This document shows positions 19,802 to 30,107 of a DNA stretch of 64,000 bases, piece after piece. The notes beneath the pieces are model-generated. The model had not been told where the DNA came from and ran no database searches. It saw only the letters and a program-made list of their open reading frames with translations. The DNA is from Candidatus Eiseniibacteriota bacterium (GTDB lineage Bacteria; Eisenbacteria; RBG-16-71-46), in contig CAVUWA010000010.1 of assembly GCA_963744995.1 (NCBI GenBank), positions 1 to 64,000 of the forward strand, read 5' to 3'. Position 1 is the first letter of the stretch, and every line of letters starts with the position of its first letter. The translations under genes and the position numbers were made by a program.

Positions 19802-20269
19802 TCAGACCGGCGTTCCGGATCCGGCCGCCAACCGCAGTCGCAGGAGTTCGAATCCCGTCGCATCGTGGATCTTCCGCTGCACGAGCTCGAACCCCATCCC
19901 GTCGTAGAACGCCCGCCCCAGCCGGTTCTGCTCGAACACCTCGACCTCGAGTTCGCCGCGCAGGGCACGCGCGCGGCCGAGCAGCGCCCGCCCGATTCCG
20001 GCTCGATGGTGATCCGGATCCACGAACAGCGCGCCGACTTCATTGCCGAGGAGCGAGATGAATCCGATCACGTGCCCGCCCGCTTCCCAAACCCAGGTCT
20101 CCGCCTGCGGCAGGTAGACGCGCGGAATGTCGCGGCGCTCCTGCTCCAGGAACTCGCGGCCGAGGAACGGGTGGGCCACGGCCGAAGCCCGGGCCCAGAC
20201 GTTCAGCACGTCCTCACAGTCCGGCGGCCGGTACTCGCGGATCACGGCTTGTCCCTTTCGAGTGCGCAC
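19802..20269 (-). CDS. GNAT acetyltransferase (YjaB-like)
   Basis: LFVDPDHHRAGIGRAL and N..GRAFY..MGF motifs. Confidence 0.88.
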   Translation of the reverse strand: MRTRKGQAVIREYRPPDCEDVLNVWARASAVAHPFLGREFLEQERRDIPRVYLPQAETWVWEAGGHVIGFISLLGNEVGALFVDPDHHRAGIGRALLGRARALRGELEVEVFEQNRLGRAFYDGMGFELVQRKIHDATGFELLRLRLAAGSGTPV

Positions 20270-20278
20270 CAGCGGTCC

Positions 20279-20797
20279 TCACGTCTTCCTCATCCACACC
20301 CCCCACGTCCCCCGCCCCACCCTCTCATCCGCGAGCGGGCGGCCCGACACCTTGAGCGCGAGCTTGATCTGGCCGTGGTGGTAGCCCTCGTGCCAGATCA
20401 TGTGCTGCAGGAAGAGAATGGGGTGGTCGTAGTGGAGCTTCATGTCCTCGCCCGCGTTCACCGTGCGCTCCACGGCGGCGCGCACGGCCGCGGCGCTTTC
20501 GTTCAGCATCTGTGCGATGCGCTCGGGGTCGCGCTCGTCCACCCACTCCTCGTCGGGCTCGACGACACCGAAATCGGGGACGTCCTCGGAGATGAACACG
20601 AGCCGGACGAAGTGCATGTGGGTGAACAGCTGCGCGACGGTACGGCCGCCCTTCGTCGCGCTGGCTTCGAGTCCGTCCGCCGGCAACGCGCGCAGCAGGT
20701 TGATCAGGATCGTGTTGTTCCGATCCCAGGAGTCCAGCAGAGTCTCGAGCAAAGTCCGATCGTGTGCTCCCGCCATCGTGCCTGCCTCCATGGCCAT
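20279..20797 (-). CDS. DinB/YfiT family protein
   Basis: FTHMH...HMIWHEGYHHGQ metal-binding His pattern. Start approximate. Confidence 0.85.
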   Translation of the reverse strand: MAMEAGTMAGAHDRTLLETLLDSWDRNNTILINLLRALPADGLEASATKGGRTVAQLFTHMHFVRLVFISEDVPDFGVVEPDEEWVDERDPERIAQMLNESAAAVRAAVERTVNAGEDMKLHYDHPILFLQHMIWHEGYHHGQIKLALKVSGRPLADERVGRGTWGVWMRKT

Positions 20798-20934
20798 GAA
20801 GCCGCGCGTCCGCTGCGGGCGCGTGCCTCCGGCCCCGCGCCGGCCCATCTTCCGTGCATGACACACTAGCCAATCTTCGGGTTCCGCAACCAGCCGCGGC
20901 GAGGTTTGGCTTGTCCCCCGCCGGGGGTTGGTTT

Positions 20935-22851
20935 ATGAACGCGCTGAGCGCGCCCATGGAGGGGAGCCACGCAATGGCGGCATCCGATGCGGGTCTCGAG
21001 TCGGCACGGGGCAGGCGGATCTGGCCCGCGGGCCTCGCCATCATCCTGCTCGTCGCGCTGGCGGCGCGGCTCGCCTACCTCGCGCAGTTCTCGGCCCTGC
21101 CGTTCTTCGACCAGCCGGTCGGCGACAGCGCGGCCCACCTGCAGCGCGCCGCGGACATCGCGCACGGGGTGCTGCTGCCCGCCCGCCCCTTCTATTACTG
21201 CAGCATCTACTACCCCTACTTCCTGGCCCTGGTGCTCGGGGTGTTCCACGGCTCGCTCTGGACGGTCTCGCTTCTGCAACTCGTCGCGGGCACGATCTTC
21301 GTCGGCGTCATCGCGACCGCGTCGCGGCTGACGTTCGGCACCCCGGCCGGACTCGCCACCGGGGCCCTGGCCGCGCTCTACGGCCCGTCCGCCTTCTTCG
21401 AAGCCGACATCCTCGGCGTGGTGTGGGGCCAGCTCGCTCTGTCCATCTCGATCCTGGCCTGCCTCTGGTGGCTCAGCCATCCGGAACGCCGACTCCGGCT
21501 GCAGATCGGCGTCCTGTTCGCGGCCGGGCTCGCGCTCGGCGCGGCGGCGATCGAGCGGCCGAACCTTCTCGTGGCGGCGGCGGCGGTGTTCGTCTGGCTC
21601 GCCGCCGTCGCGCCGCGCGACCGGGTGAAATCGGTATTCGCCGCCGGGGCCGGTCTTTCGCTCCCGCTGTTGATGGTGCTCGCCCTCAACGTGGCGGGCA
21701 CCGGCCAGTGGGTGCCGCTCACCACCTCCGGGGGAATCAATCTGAGCCTCGGCTACCACAGCGGAGCCGACGGCACCTACGACGAGCCATGGGAGCGCGA
21801 GGCGCCGGAATTCTCGGCTCAGCACATCGAGCCCGAGGAGGCCATGACCGCCTGGGCGGCGCGCAAGCTCGGCCACCCGGTGACGACGCAGCAGGCCTCG
21901 GCCTACTGGGGCCGCGAGGCCGTGTCGTGGATGCGCCGCCACCCGGGGGAGACGTTGCGGATCACGCTGCGCAAGGCGGCGCTGCTCCTGAACTCGGCGG
22001 AGGTGCCCAACCATCTCGACTTCGCGTTCATCCGCGAGCGGGCGCCGGCGCTGCGCTTCATGCCGATCGACTTCGGCCCGCTGCTGGCGCTCGCCGCCAT
22101 CGGCGCGGCGGCGCTGCTGCTGCGCCGCCGGCGGCGCCCGGCCATCGCGCTGCTGCTTGCGATGTCGGGCGCGGCCTGGCTCAGCGTCGTCCCGTTCACC
22201 GTCGCCGATCGCTACCGCGCGCCGATGGTGCCGCCGCTGCTGATCCTCGCGGGCGCGGGGATCTACGTGCTCATCGGCCTGGTACGGGAACGCGAAGCGC
22301 GGCGGGACCCGCGCATGCTCGCGGCGCTGGCCCTGGGCGTGCTCGTGCTCGCGGCGAGCTCGATCCCGCTCATGAAGCCGCTGCGCGGCCGTGACTACTG
22401 GATGATCGCCCAGGCCTACGAGCGACACGGACAGATGCGCGAGGCCGTGGCGGCCTACGAATCCGCCGTTCGCGAGGAGCCGAACAACGGCGAGCTGCTG
22501 AACAACCTTGCCAGCATCTACAAGCGGACCGGCGACCGCTCGCGCGCCGTCGCGCTGCTGCGCCGCGCGGTCCTCGCCGAGCCGGGGCTCGCCTACCCGC
22601 ACAAGAACCTCGGCATGCTCATGGCGGTCCAGGGCCAGTACGATTCGGCACAGGCCGAACTCGAGCGGGCATACCGGATCGACTCCACCGACGTCGAAGT
22701 CGTGGCCACGATCGGCGCCATCGCCGCCGAACGCGGCCACCGGGCCCAGGCGCACGCGCTCTTCGAGCGCGCCCGCCGGATGTCCCCGGACGACGCAAGG
22801 CTCGAGCGGCTGATCGCGCACTACGAGCCGGACTCCGCCCGCGGGCGCTGA
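20935..22851 (+). CDS. GT-C (PMT/ArnT-like) membrane glycosyltransferase with C-terminal TPRs
   Basis: Multi-TM; GD, YPYFLA, RPN, GINLSLG, RYRAP motifs; TPR helices (LNNLA, HKNLG). Confidence 0.8.
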   Translation: MNALSAPMEGSHAMAASDAGLESARGRRIWPAGLAIILLVALAARLAYLAQFSALPFFDQPVGDSAAHLQRAADIAHGVLLPARPFYYCSIYYPYFLALVLGVFHGSLWTVSLLQLVAGTIFVGVIATASRLTFGTPAGLATGALAALYGPSAFFEADILGVVWGQLALSISILACLWWLSHPERRLRLQIGVLFAAGLALGAAAIERPNLLVAAAAVFVWLAAVAPRDRVKSVFAAGAGLSLPLLMVLALNVAGTGQWVPLTTSGGINLSLGYHSGADGTYDEPWEREAPEFSAQHIEPEEAMTAWAARKLGHPVTTQQASAYWGREAVSWMRRHPGETLRITLRKAALLLNSAEVPNHLDFAFIRERAPALRFMPIDFGPLLALAAIGAAALLLRRRRRPAIALLLAMSGAAWLSVVPFTVADRYRAPMVPPLLILAGAGIYVLIGLVREREARRDPRMLAALALGVLVLAASSIPLMKPLRGRDYWMIAQAYERHGQMREAVAAYESAVREEPNNGELLNNLASIYKRTGDRSRAVALLRRAVLAEPGLAYPHKNLGMLMAVQGQYDSAQAELERAYRIDSTDVEVVATIGAIAAERGHRAQAHALFERARRMSPDDARLERLIAHYEPDSARGR

Positions 22852-23052
22852 GGCCGCAGCAGCGCCCGCGGCGCGCCGGGCGATCGGGCGGCGCGGTTGT
22901 CCCGCGCCGCCCGCGCCACTTGCGCGGCCTGCGGGGCCCGCTCCCCATCGGGAACGTCGGGCGCAGGCCAGGTCTCGCCGCCATTTCCGCAGCGCTTGAC
23001 GGGGTTGGCCCGCTCGAGCGGGCGGAAGCCGTGCCCTGCCCCATTTTTCCCC

Positions 23053-23088
23053 TTGCACTGTACTATCTGTTCTAGTACACCTAGTACA
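23053..23088 (+). promoter_or_regulatory. YtrA-type GntR operator and promoter, likely leaderless transcript
   Basis: Perfect inverted repeat TGTACTA-N7-TAGTACA (23059-23079), an extra TAGTACA half-site (23082-23088), and TTGCAC -35 at 23053. Confidence 0.8.
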
Positions 23089-23090
23089 CG

Positions 23091-23510
23091 ATGATTCCGT
23101 TCCAGATCCGCCTCGAACCCGGTCGCCCGGTTCAGCAGCAGGTCATCCACGCCGTCCGGCGTGCGGTGCTCGCGGGCGACCTGCGTGCCGGGGACGATTT
23201 CCCCTCGGTGCGTGCGCTGAGCCGCGATCTGCAGATCAACCCGAACACCGCCCACAAGGTGATCGCCGTGCTGGTCGCCGAAGGCACGCTCGAGGTGCGG
23301 CCGGGGGTCGGCACGACCGTCACCGGCGCCACGGGCGGCAACGATCGCGAGCGCAGCGATCTGCTCGGGCGTCAGCTCGAGCGGGTCGTGGTCGAGGCGC
23401 GCCGGCTGGGTCTGCGCCGCAAGGCTCTGGAAGAGGCCATCGACCGCCACTGGCGCAAACTCTCCGCCCCCGCCGGCCGCGGGCGCGCCTCGGAGGAGGA
23501 CCCGTCATGA
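23091..23510 (+). CDS. GntR (YtrA subfamily) regulator
   Basis: FPSVRALSRDLQINPNT HTH; short protein upstream of ABC genes. Confidence 0.92.
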   Translation: MIPFQIRLEPGRPVQQQVIHAVRRAVLAGDLRAGDDFPSVRALSRDLQINPNTAHKVIAVLVAEGTLEVRPGVGTTVTGATGGNDRERSDLLGRQLERVVVEARRLGLRRKALEEAIDRHWRKLSAPAGRGRASEEDPS

Positions 23511-24394
23511 ACCATCCCATCGAAGTGCGTGGCCTCACACACGCCTACGGTTCGCGCGAGGCGATCCACGACCTGACCTTCGATCTGCCGAGCGGCGAGA
23601 TCCTCGGGCTCATCGGGCCCAATGGCGCGGGGAAGACCACGACGCTGCGCATCCTCACCGGGGTCATGCGACCGCGCGCGGGCGAGGCGCGCGTGCTGGG
23701 CCACGACGCCAGGCGGCTCGATCCGGCGCTGCGCGCGCGGCTCGGGATCGTCACCGAGGGCGTGCATCTGCCGGGGGCTGCGACCGTGGCGGGCCTCACC
23801 TCGTTCTGCCGCGCGCTGCACCCGGACTGGGACGAGCCGTTCTCGCGCGCGCTGCAGAACGATTTCGGGCTCGATGCGCGCACCCGCGTCGGCGCGCTCT
23901 CGCGCGGGCAGCGCGCCAAGCTCGCGTTCCTGCTCGCGGTGTCGCACCGGCCCGAGCTGCTGATCCTCGACGAGCCGTTCGGCGGGCTCGACGCGCTCGC
24001 CCGCTCGGAGATCCTCGAACGGCTGCTCATCTGGGTGGCCGAAACGCGCTGCTCGGTGCTGGTCGCGAGCCACGACCTCACCGAAGTCGAGCGCATCACC
24101 GACCGCGTCGCACTGCTCCACTCGGGGCGTCTGGTGTTCTGCGAAACGGTGGAAGCGCTGCTGGCCCGGCACCGCCGCGTGCGGATGCGCCTCGACGCCG
24201 ATGCCGCCGCCGCACCGCCCGGCGAACTCGGTCTCGACGTGCGCAGGGACGGCCGCATGCTCGAGTACGTCGAGGTCGGATCCCACAACGGCGCGCCCGC
24301 GGCGCTCCCGCCCGGCGGCGAACGGCACCCGATGACGCTCGAAGACATCTTCCTCGCATGGACCCGTCACCTGAACCAGGAGGCACGCTCATGA
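23507..24394 (+). CDS. ABC transporter ATP-binding protein
   Basis: Walker A GPNGAGKTT, signature LSRGQ, Walker B LILDEP, SH switch. Confidence 0.93.
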   Translation: MNHPIEVRGLTHAYGSREAIHDLTFDLPSGEILGLIGPNGAGKTTTLRILTGVMRPRAGEARVLGHDARRLDPALRARLGIVTEGVHLPGAATVAGLTSFCRALHPDWDEPFSRALQNDFGLDARTRVGALSRGQRAKLAFLLAVSHRPELLILDEPFGGLDALARSEILERLLIWVAETRCSVLVASHDLTEVERITDRVALLHSGRLVFCETVEALLARHRRVRMRLDADAAAAPPGELGLDVRRDGRMLEYVEVGSHNGAPAALPPGGERHPMTLEDIFLAWTRHLNQEARS

Positions 24395-25950
24395 CCGCCC
24401 CCGCTCTCCCGCTGCCGGCGCCCGCGCGGTCCGCCGCGCCCGGCCTCATCGAGGCGACGTTCGCATTCCTGAAGAAGGATCTCGGCGAGATCTGGATCGG
24501 CTGGGTGGCGCTGATGGGCCTCGCCGTCATGCAGACCGTGCGGCCGGGCGATTTCATCGCGATCGTGAACATCGTGCTCGTGGCGCTCGTCGCACGCTGG
24601 ATTCTCACCGACCCGCTCGCCGACCCGGACGCGCTGTGGCGCACGCTCCCGCTGCGACCGGCGACGGTGATCGGCGCCAAGCTCATCGCGGTCTTCGCCC
24701 TCGTCGTGCTGCCGCTGCTCGCGCTGGAGGCGTACGCCGCATGGGGCGCCGGTCTCCGCGGGGCAGCGCTCGCGCTCGCGCTGCTCGAGGCGCTGCTGTT
24801 CGCCGCCACGCTGATCATCGCGACGGCGGCGGTCGCCGCATCGTGCCGTGACTTTCCCCGCTTCCTCATGGCGGCGATGGGATGGGTGGCCGGACTCGTG
24901 GCCGGCCTCATCGGCCTCTCCATGCTCCGGACGCATCCCGCCATGCTGGCATCGTGGCCGCGCCCGCCGCTGCTCGATGCCGCGATCGTGCTCGTGGCGC
25001 TGGCCCTGTTCACCCGTGCGCTCGCGCGGGCGACCGCGCCGGGGAGCGCCCGCCGCTCCATGGGCTGGGTCGCGGCGGGACTCGTGCTGCTCTTCTTCGG
25101 CTCGATCCTGGCGCGCCTGGTAACCAGCGATCCCGGGCGGTCGGATCCCGCGCTCGAGCAGGCCGCGGCCGGGACGGAGATCTCGCTGTTGCCCGTGCCG
25201 AAATCATCGGCCGGCATCGCGGACTGGCCCTCGGGCGTGATCGCGGTCCTCGCGCTGCACGCACCGGACAGCGCGGGCTCGGCCACGCTCCTCTCCCTGG
25301 ACGGCGCGCTGCACCTGGACGGCGGGCGCACGATTCCGGTCTCGGACTGGCTCCGGCACACTTCCCGCAGCATCTACGTGAACCCGACCGGTGACGGTGA
25401 AGGCGGGCGGGTCGTGCGGCTGTTCGACCTCTTCGGGGCGGATCTCGATCGCCTTGGCGACGCCACGGGCACGCTCGACCTCCGGGTCGGCTACCGGGTG
25501 TCGGCGCCGGTGATGGAGCTGCCGTCGTCGAACCTGCGGGTGACGCGCATCGAGCGGCAGGCGGGTGCGCGGCTCGAGGTGCTGCTGGACCGCACGCTGT
25601 TTCCCGAGCCCGGCACCTGGATCTCCCGCGGCACGGTCAACGTGCGACTCTGGGATCCGGCACACCGGCACGGCTACGAGCTGCAGGCCCGCAACGGCTC
25701 CTCGGAAACGCACAGCGTCGGCTTGTTCCCGCTGCCCTGGATCGGACTCAAGCGGAGCCCGCTGGAAATCGATCTCGATCGGGCGATCGAGCTGCCTTCG
25801 GGTCTCCCGGCGACGAACGCGGCCGAGGTCCTGACCGACCGCTGGCTCGCGCACGCCGACGTCGAGATCGGCGGGCTGCGCTGGACCGGCGTACTCACGC
25901 GCAACGTCGTGGTGGATGACTTCCGGATCGGAGACTGGACCCGGGATTAG
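24391..25950 (+). CDS. ABC transporter permease-like membrane protein with soluble C-terminal domain
   Basis: ATGA overlap with the ATPase gene; multi-TM N-half; WRTLPL...GAKL motif. Confidence 0.7.
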   Translation: MTAPALPLPAPARSAAPGLIEATFAFLKKDLGEIWIGWVALMGLAVMQTVRPGDFIAIVNIVLVALVARWILTDPLADPDALWRTLPLRPATVIGAKLIAVFALVVLPLLALEAYAAWGAGLRGAALALALLEALLFAATLIIATAAVAASCRDFPRFLMAAMGWVAGLVAGLIGLSMLRTHPAMLASWPRPPLLDAAIVLVALALFTRALARATAPGSARRSMGWVAAGLVLLFFGSILARLVTSDPGRSDPALEQAAAGTEISLLPVPKSSAGIADWPSGVIAVLALHAPDSAGSATLLSLDGALHLDGGRTIPVSDWLRHTSRSIYVNPTGDGEGGRVVRLFDLFGADLDRLGDATGTLDLRVGYRVSAPVMELPSSNLRVTRIERQAGARLEVLLDRTLFPEPGTWISRGTVNVRLWDPAHRHGYELQARNGSSETHSVGLFPLPWIGLKRSPLEIDLDRAIELPSGLPATNAAEVLTDRWLAHADVEIGGLRWTGVLTRNVVVDDFRIGDWTRD

Positions 25951-26001
25951 CCGCCAGACGAGCGGCTGCGCCGCCGGGTCCTTGTGCTAGGATGCCCCGC
26001 C

Positions 26002-27099
26002 ATGACCCGACGGCCGACCCCCTCAGTCCCGCGCCTGCTCCGCATGCTGTGCGCGGGCGCGCTCGCCGTAGCCGGATCCGCGACGCTGGCGGGCGCCGTA
26101 CGCGCGGCCGAGTCGGTGAGCGCCGCGACGCAGACCTACCCCTCGCTGCAGATTCGCGGCTTCACCGACTTCGACTACATGTCGAGCGACGAGCCGAACG
26201 GCACCACCGGGTTCGACCTCGGCCAGCTCGTGCTGCACATGGTGTCGCCGCTCGCCAGGAAGGTGAACTACTTCGGCGAGATCACCGTCACGCCGAAGGA
26301 CAACGGCTACGGCATCGAGGTCGAGCGCTCGTTCGTCCGCTACGATCACAACGACTGGTTCAAGGTCTCCGCCGGCCGCTTCCACACCCAGCTCGGCTAC
26401 TGGAACACCGCGTTCCATCACGGACTCTGGCTGCAGACGACCGTCGGCCGCCCGGAGCAGATCCGCTTCGGGACGACGTTCGTACCGGTGCACTTCGTGG
26501 GCGCCCAGATCGAGGGCAAGATCCCGAGCGGCGACGCCGGTCTCGGCTACTCCGCCGGGATCGGCAACGGCCGCTCCGAGATCCTGAGCCGCGCCGGCGA
26601 CGCCGGCGATCCGAATCCCAACCGCGCGTGGATCGCGCAGGTGATGGCGCGGCCGCTGCACCTCTACGGCTTCGAGGCCGGGGCGTCGGTCTACCACGAC
26701 AGGCTCTCGACCATGGGCGGACCGACCTACCGGGAGTGGATCGGCTCGGGCTACGCGGCGCTCACGCACGAGACGCCGGAACTGATCGGCGAGCTGTTCC
26801 TCGTGCAGCACGAGGATCCCGCGGGCACGACGTACGACAGTCACGCATTCTACGTCCAGGCCGCGTACCGGCTGCCGGTCTGGCATTCCATGTTCAAGCC
26901 CTACGCCCGCTACGAAGAGCTGGACGTCAGCGAGACCGACCCGGTGTACGGAACACTGTGGGACAAGCAGGTCGCGCTCGGCGGCGTGCGCGTGGACGTC
27001 GCCGATCTGGTGGCGCTCAAGGCCGAATATCGAAACGAGCTGGGCCGCGGAGCGCAGCGTTCCAACACCTTCCAGGCTCAGGCCTGTCTGACCTTCTGA
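26002..27099 (+). CDS. Porin-like outer-membrane beta-barrel
   Basis: Signal peptide; EVER, GRFHTQLGYWN motif; amphipathic strands; C-terminal Phe. Confidence 0.75.
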   Translation: MTRRPTPSVPRLLRMLCAGALAVAGSATLAGAVRAAESVSAATQTYPSLQIRGFTDFDYMSSDEPNGTTGFDLGQLVLHMVSPLARKVNYFGEITVTPKDNGYGIEVERSFVRYDHNDWFKVSAGRFHTQLGYWNTAFHHGLWLQTTVGRPEQIRFGTTFVPVHFVGAQIEGKIPSGDAGLGYSAGIGNGRSEILSRAGDAGDPNPNRAWIAQVMARPLHLYGFEAGASVYHDRLSTMGGPTYREWIGSGYAALTHETPELIGELFLVQHEDPAGTTYDSHAFYVQAAYRLPVWHSMFKPYARYEELDVSETDPVYGTLWDKQVALGGVRVDVADLVALKAEYRNELGRGAQRSNTFQAQACLTF

Positions 27100-27112
27100 C
27101 GAGGAGCACCGG

Positions 27113-27607
27113 ATGCACGCGAAGACGAATCCCGTGGCCCATGCGCTGCTCCTCGTCGGCGTCGCCTGTGGCGTGTGCGTCACGGCGCCGGCGCCTGCGG
27201 CCGCGGCCGAAGAGATGGCGGTCATCGTCCATCCTTCGACGCCGGTGGAGAACCTGAGCCTCGCCGAGGTGCGCAAGATCTTCCTCGGTGAGCGCCAGTA
27301 CTGGAACAGCGACATGCCGGTGGTGCTGATCGTGCGCGCGCCGGTCGCGCCCGAGCGCGCCGTGGTGCTGAACCGCATCTACAGGATGACCGAGTCGCAG
27401 TTCAAACAGTACTGGATCGCGCGCATCTTTCGCGCCGAGGCGCCGTCGACACCCAAGGTCGTCTATTCGAACGAAACCGTGAACGAGCTGGTCAGTGCGA
27501 TTCCCGGAGCGATCTCGCTGGTTCGCTCCAACGACATCGCCTCCGGCGTCAAGGTCGTCAGGATCGACGGCACCCTGCCGGGCGAGAGCGCTTACCCGTT
27601 GCGCTGA
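27113..27607 (+). CDS. Small periplasmic PstS-like binding protein
   Basis: AVIVHPS..VENLS..EVRKIFLG...W and PGAISLV motifs. Confidence 0.78.
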   Translation: MHAKTNPVAHALLLVGVACGVCVTAPAPAAAAEEMAVIVHPSTPVENLSLAEVRKIFLGERQYWNSDMPVVLIVRAPVAPERAVVLNRIYRMTESQFKQYWIARIFRAEAPSTPKVVYSNETVNELVSAIPGAISLVRSNDIASGVKVVRIDGTLPGESAYPLR

Positions 27608-29169
27608 TGGCCGTCCTGACCGTTCGGCGGCGCCTGGTCTTCTCGTTCCTCACGATCCTCGCGCTGTTCGCGGTCAACCAGTCGATCACGCTGTGGGGCG
27701 ACTGGGCCCGCAGCCGGGCGCTCGACGAGTTGAACGCCGCCCTCAGCCGCCGCATCCACATCGCCTCGGTGCGGCAGCAGCTGGCCGACATGTACAAAGA
27801 GACGACCCTGCTCGGCGAGGTGCGCTTCGAGCCCGGGAGCACTCCGGATCCTCTCGCGCACGCGGCCTTCGACGACAAGCTCTACCATGTCCGCGACGAG
27901 ATCGCGGCGCTGGCCCGCGACGACACCGCGGGAACGCACGACCTGGTCGAGACGTACGCCCAGGTCGCGGAGATGTGGCGCAAGTTCTACGACTACCTCG
28001 GTGTCGAGCAGGGCTGGGCGGTCGCCTTCCTGGCGCGCGCCGACCCGCCGAGCCAGAAGCTGCTGCGCGTGATCGTTCCGCGTCTCGAGGCGCGCGGCAA
28101 CGAAGAAGCGGAGCGCGCGCGCCGCCGGTTCGAGGACGTGACGGCGCGCACCCGCTCGATGGCGCTGCTGATCTTCATCGTGAGCGTCGCGGTCGGCATC
28201 GTCGTCGCGCTGGATCTCTCGCGCTACCTGGTGCGGCGGCTCACGGAGCTCGGCCGCGGAGCGAACTTCATCGGCGCGGATCACCTGGACCATCGCATCG
28301 CGGTCGAGCCCCGTGACGAGCTGGGCGATCTGGCCGAGTCGTTCAACGAGATGGCGGCCGGCCTCGACGCGGCGCGCGGGCGCCTGCGCGCCGCCAACGA
28401 CGAGCTCGCGACGGTGAACCAGCTGCTCTCGCAGCGGATCGAGGAGGAGCTGGCCAAGGTGCGACTGGCCGCCGTCATCCAGCGCGACCTGCTGCCCAAG
28501 CAGGCGCCGCAGATCGAGGGTTACGATCTGGCGGGCCGCTCGATCCCGGCGCAGACGGTGGGCGGCGACTACTTCGACTTCATCCCCGCGGGTGACGGCG
28601 GCCTCGCCATGTGTCTGGGCGACGTCTCCGGCAAGGGGCTGCCGGCGTCGCTGCTCATGGCGAATCTCCAGGCGGCGGTGCGCAGCCAGGTGCTCGCTTC
28701 GGCATCGGTGACCGAATGCCTGCGGCGCACCAACACACTGCTCTACCGCTCGACGGATCCGGGCAAGTTCGTCACCGCGTTCTTCTGCGTGCTCGACCCC
28801 GGCGCCCATCGGCTGCGGTTCTCGAGCGCCGGGCACAACCCGCCCATTCTGCTGCGCGCCTCAGGCGAGGTGCAGATGCTCGAGGTCGGCGGCCTGATCC
28901 TCGGCGTCATGGAGGATACCGAGTACGAAGACGCCGTGTGCGAGCTCGATCCCGGCGACGTGCTGGTGATCTATTCGGACGGGATCAGCGAGGCGCCGGA
29001 CAGCGACGGCGGGGAATTCGGCGAGCAGGGCATCATCGACGTCCTGGTCCGCGAGCGGCAGCAGAGCGCAGCGACGATCCTCGACGCCGTCGTCAAGGCG
29101 GCGCTCGACTTCTCCGGCGATCAGCTGCAGATGGACGACATGACGATGATCGTCCTCAAGCGCCGCTGA
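27607..29169 (+). CDS. Membrane sensor with HAMP and PP2C/SpoIIE (RsbU-like) phosphatase domain
   Basis: Two TM segments; HAMP DELGDLAESFNEM; VGGDYFD, GDVSGKG, AGHNP, YSDG, DDMT motifs. Confidence 0.92.
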   Translation: MAVLTVRRRLVFSFLTILALFAVNQSITLWGDWARSRALDELNAALSRRIHIASVRQQLADMYKETTLLGEVRFEPGSTPDPLAHAAFDDKLYHVRDEIAALARDDTAGTHDLVETYAQVAEMWRKFYDYLGVEQGWAVAFLARADPPSQKLLRVIVPRLEARGNEEAERARRRFEDVTARTRSMALLIFIVSVAVGIVVALDLSRYLVRRLTELGRGANFIGADHLDHRIAVEPRDELGDLAESFNEMAAGLDAARGRLRAANDELATVNQLLSQRIEEELAKVRLAAVIQRDLLPKQAPQIEGYDLAGRSIPAQTVGGDYFDFIPAGDGGLAMCLGDVSGKGLPASLLMANLQAAVRSQVLASASVTECLRRTNTLLYRSTDPGKFVTAFFCVLDPGAHRLRFSSAGHNPPILLRASGEVQMLEVGGLILGVMEDTEYEDAVCELDPGDVLVIYSDGISEAPDSDGGEFGEQGIIDVLVRERQQSAATILDAVVKAALDFSGDQLQMDDMTMIVLKRR

Positions 29170-29215
29170 GACGCGGCACGCGCCGCATCCTGTCGTTTCG
29201 GTCCGCTTCGCGCCC

Positions 29216-29893
29216 TCACGGCGTCCCCGTGCCGCGCGCGGCGGAAACCTCGCCGTTCCAGTCGATCGGCTGCCACGCCATCGGCACGCGCCGGACGATC
29301 GCGCGGTCGGAGACGAAGGTCCACCCGGGCCGTTCGCAGCGCCAGTCGCCGTAGATCGAGGTGAGCGCGAGGTCGTGGTCGACGACCTTGAGCCAGTCGC
29401 GGCCCAGATAATGGAACGGCACGCGCGCCTGCAACGGCACCTCGGCCATCAATTCTTCGGGCGTCGCGCCGCCCGTGAACAGCGAGTAGCGGAACCGGTC
29501 ACCGGCCGCGGTCAGCCGGAAGAAGTCGTATTGAATGCCGCCACGCCGCAAGCGGTGCTCGACGAAGCGGCCGTCGGTGCTCCGGAAGCGATGGCGCGGC
29601 CGGAACCCTGCCCGGACGAGCGCGGGCACGGCCGCGAGAAAGCGGTCGTGATCCTCGTCGAGGTAGGCGAAGTCCGCGTCCTCGAGATCGGAGTCGAGTG
29701 GCCGTCCGGCACGCGCCCAGCCGAGCAGCAGGCCGCCCACCACCCAGTACCTTCCCGCGATGGGGGTCTGCGCCAGCGTGTCCGCGAGCCGCCGGAGCCC
29801 GCGCGTGAACGCGCGGCGCCGCAGCGCGAGATCGGCGCGCGGCCACCATCGCCGCAACCGCCGGCGGGCGCGGGAATGCAGCGGCTCGGACAT
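29216..29893 (-). CDS. LicD-like nucleotidyltransferase-fold protein
   Basis: GGLLLGWAR.G....D.EDAD motif; L..IYGDW near the C-terminus. Confidence 0.65.
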   Translation of the reverse strand: MSEPLHSRARRRLRRWWPRADLALRRRAFTRGLRRLADTLAQTPIAGRYWVVGGLLLGWARAGRPLDSDLEDADFAYLDEDHDRFLAAVPALVRAGFRPRHRFRSTDGRFVEHRLRRGGIQYDFFRLTAAGDRFRYSLFTGGATPEELMAEVPLQARVPFHYLGRDWLKVVDHDLALTSIYGDWRCERPGWTFVSDRAIVRRVPMAWQPIDWNGEVSAARGTGTP

Positions 29894-30107
29894 CACGCGC
29901 GGCCCCGGCGCTGATGCGTCTCTTGCATGCGCGCCTCCGCGCGAACGGCCGACAGGAACGACCGGGACATGGTGCCCTCCCTGTGTCGCCGGGGAGCTTA
30001 GGGCCGCGGCGGCGGAAATCAACGCCGGACTCGGAGAGCGATGCCGGCAGCACGACGGCCACCTCCTCGCGGAGGTGGCCGTCGATCTGCGTTCGAATCC
30101 GGGCGAC

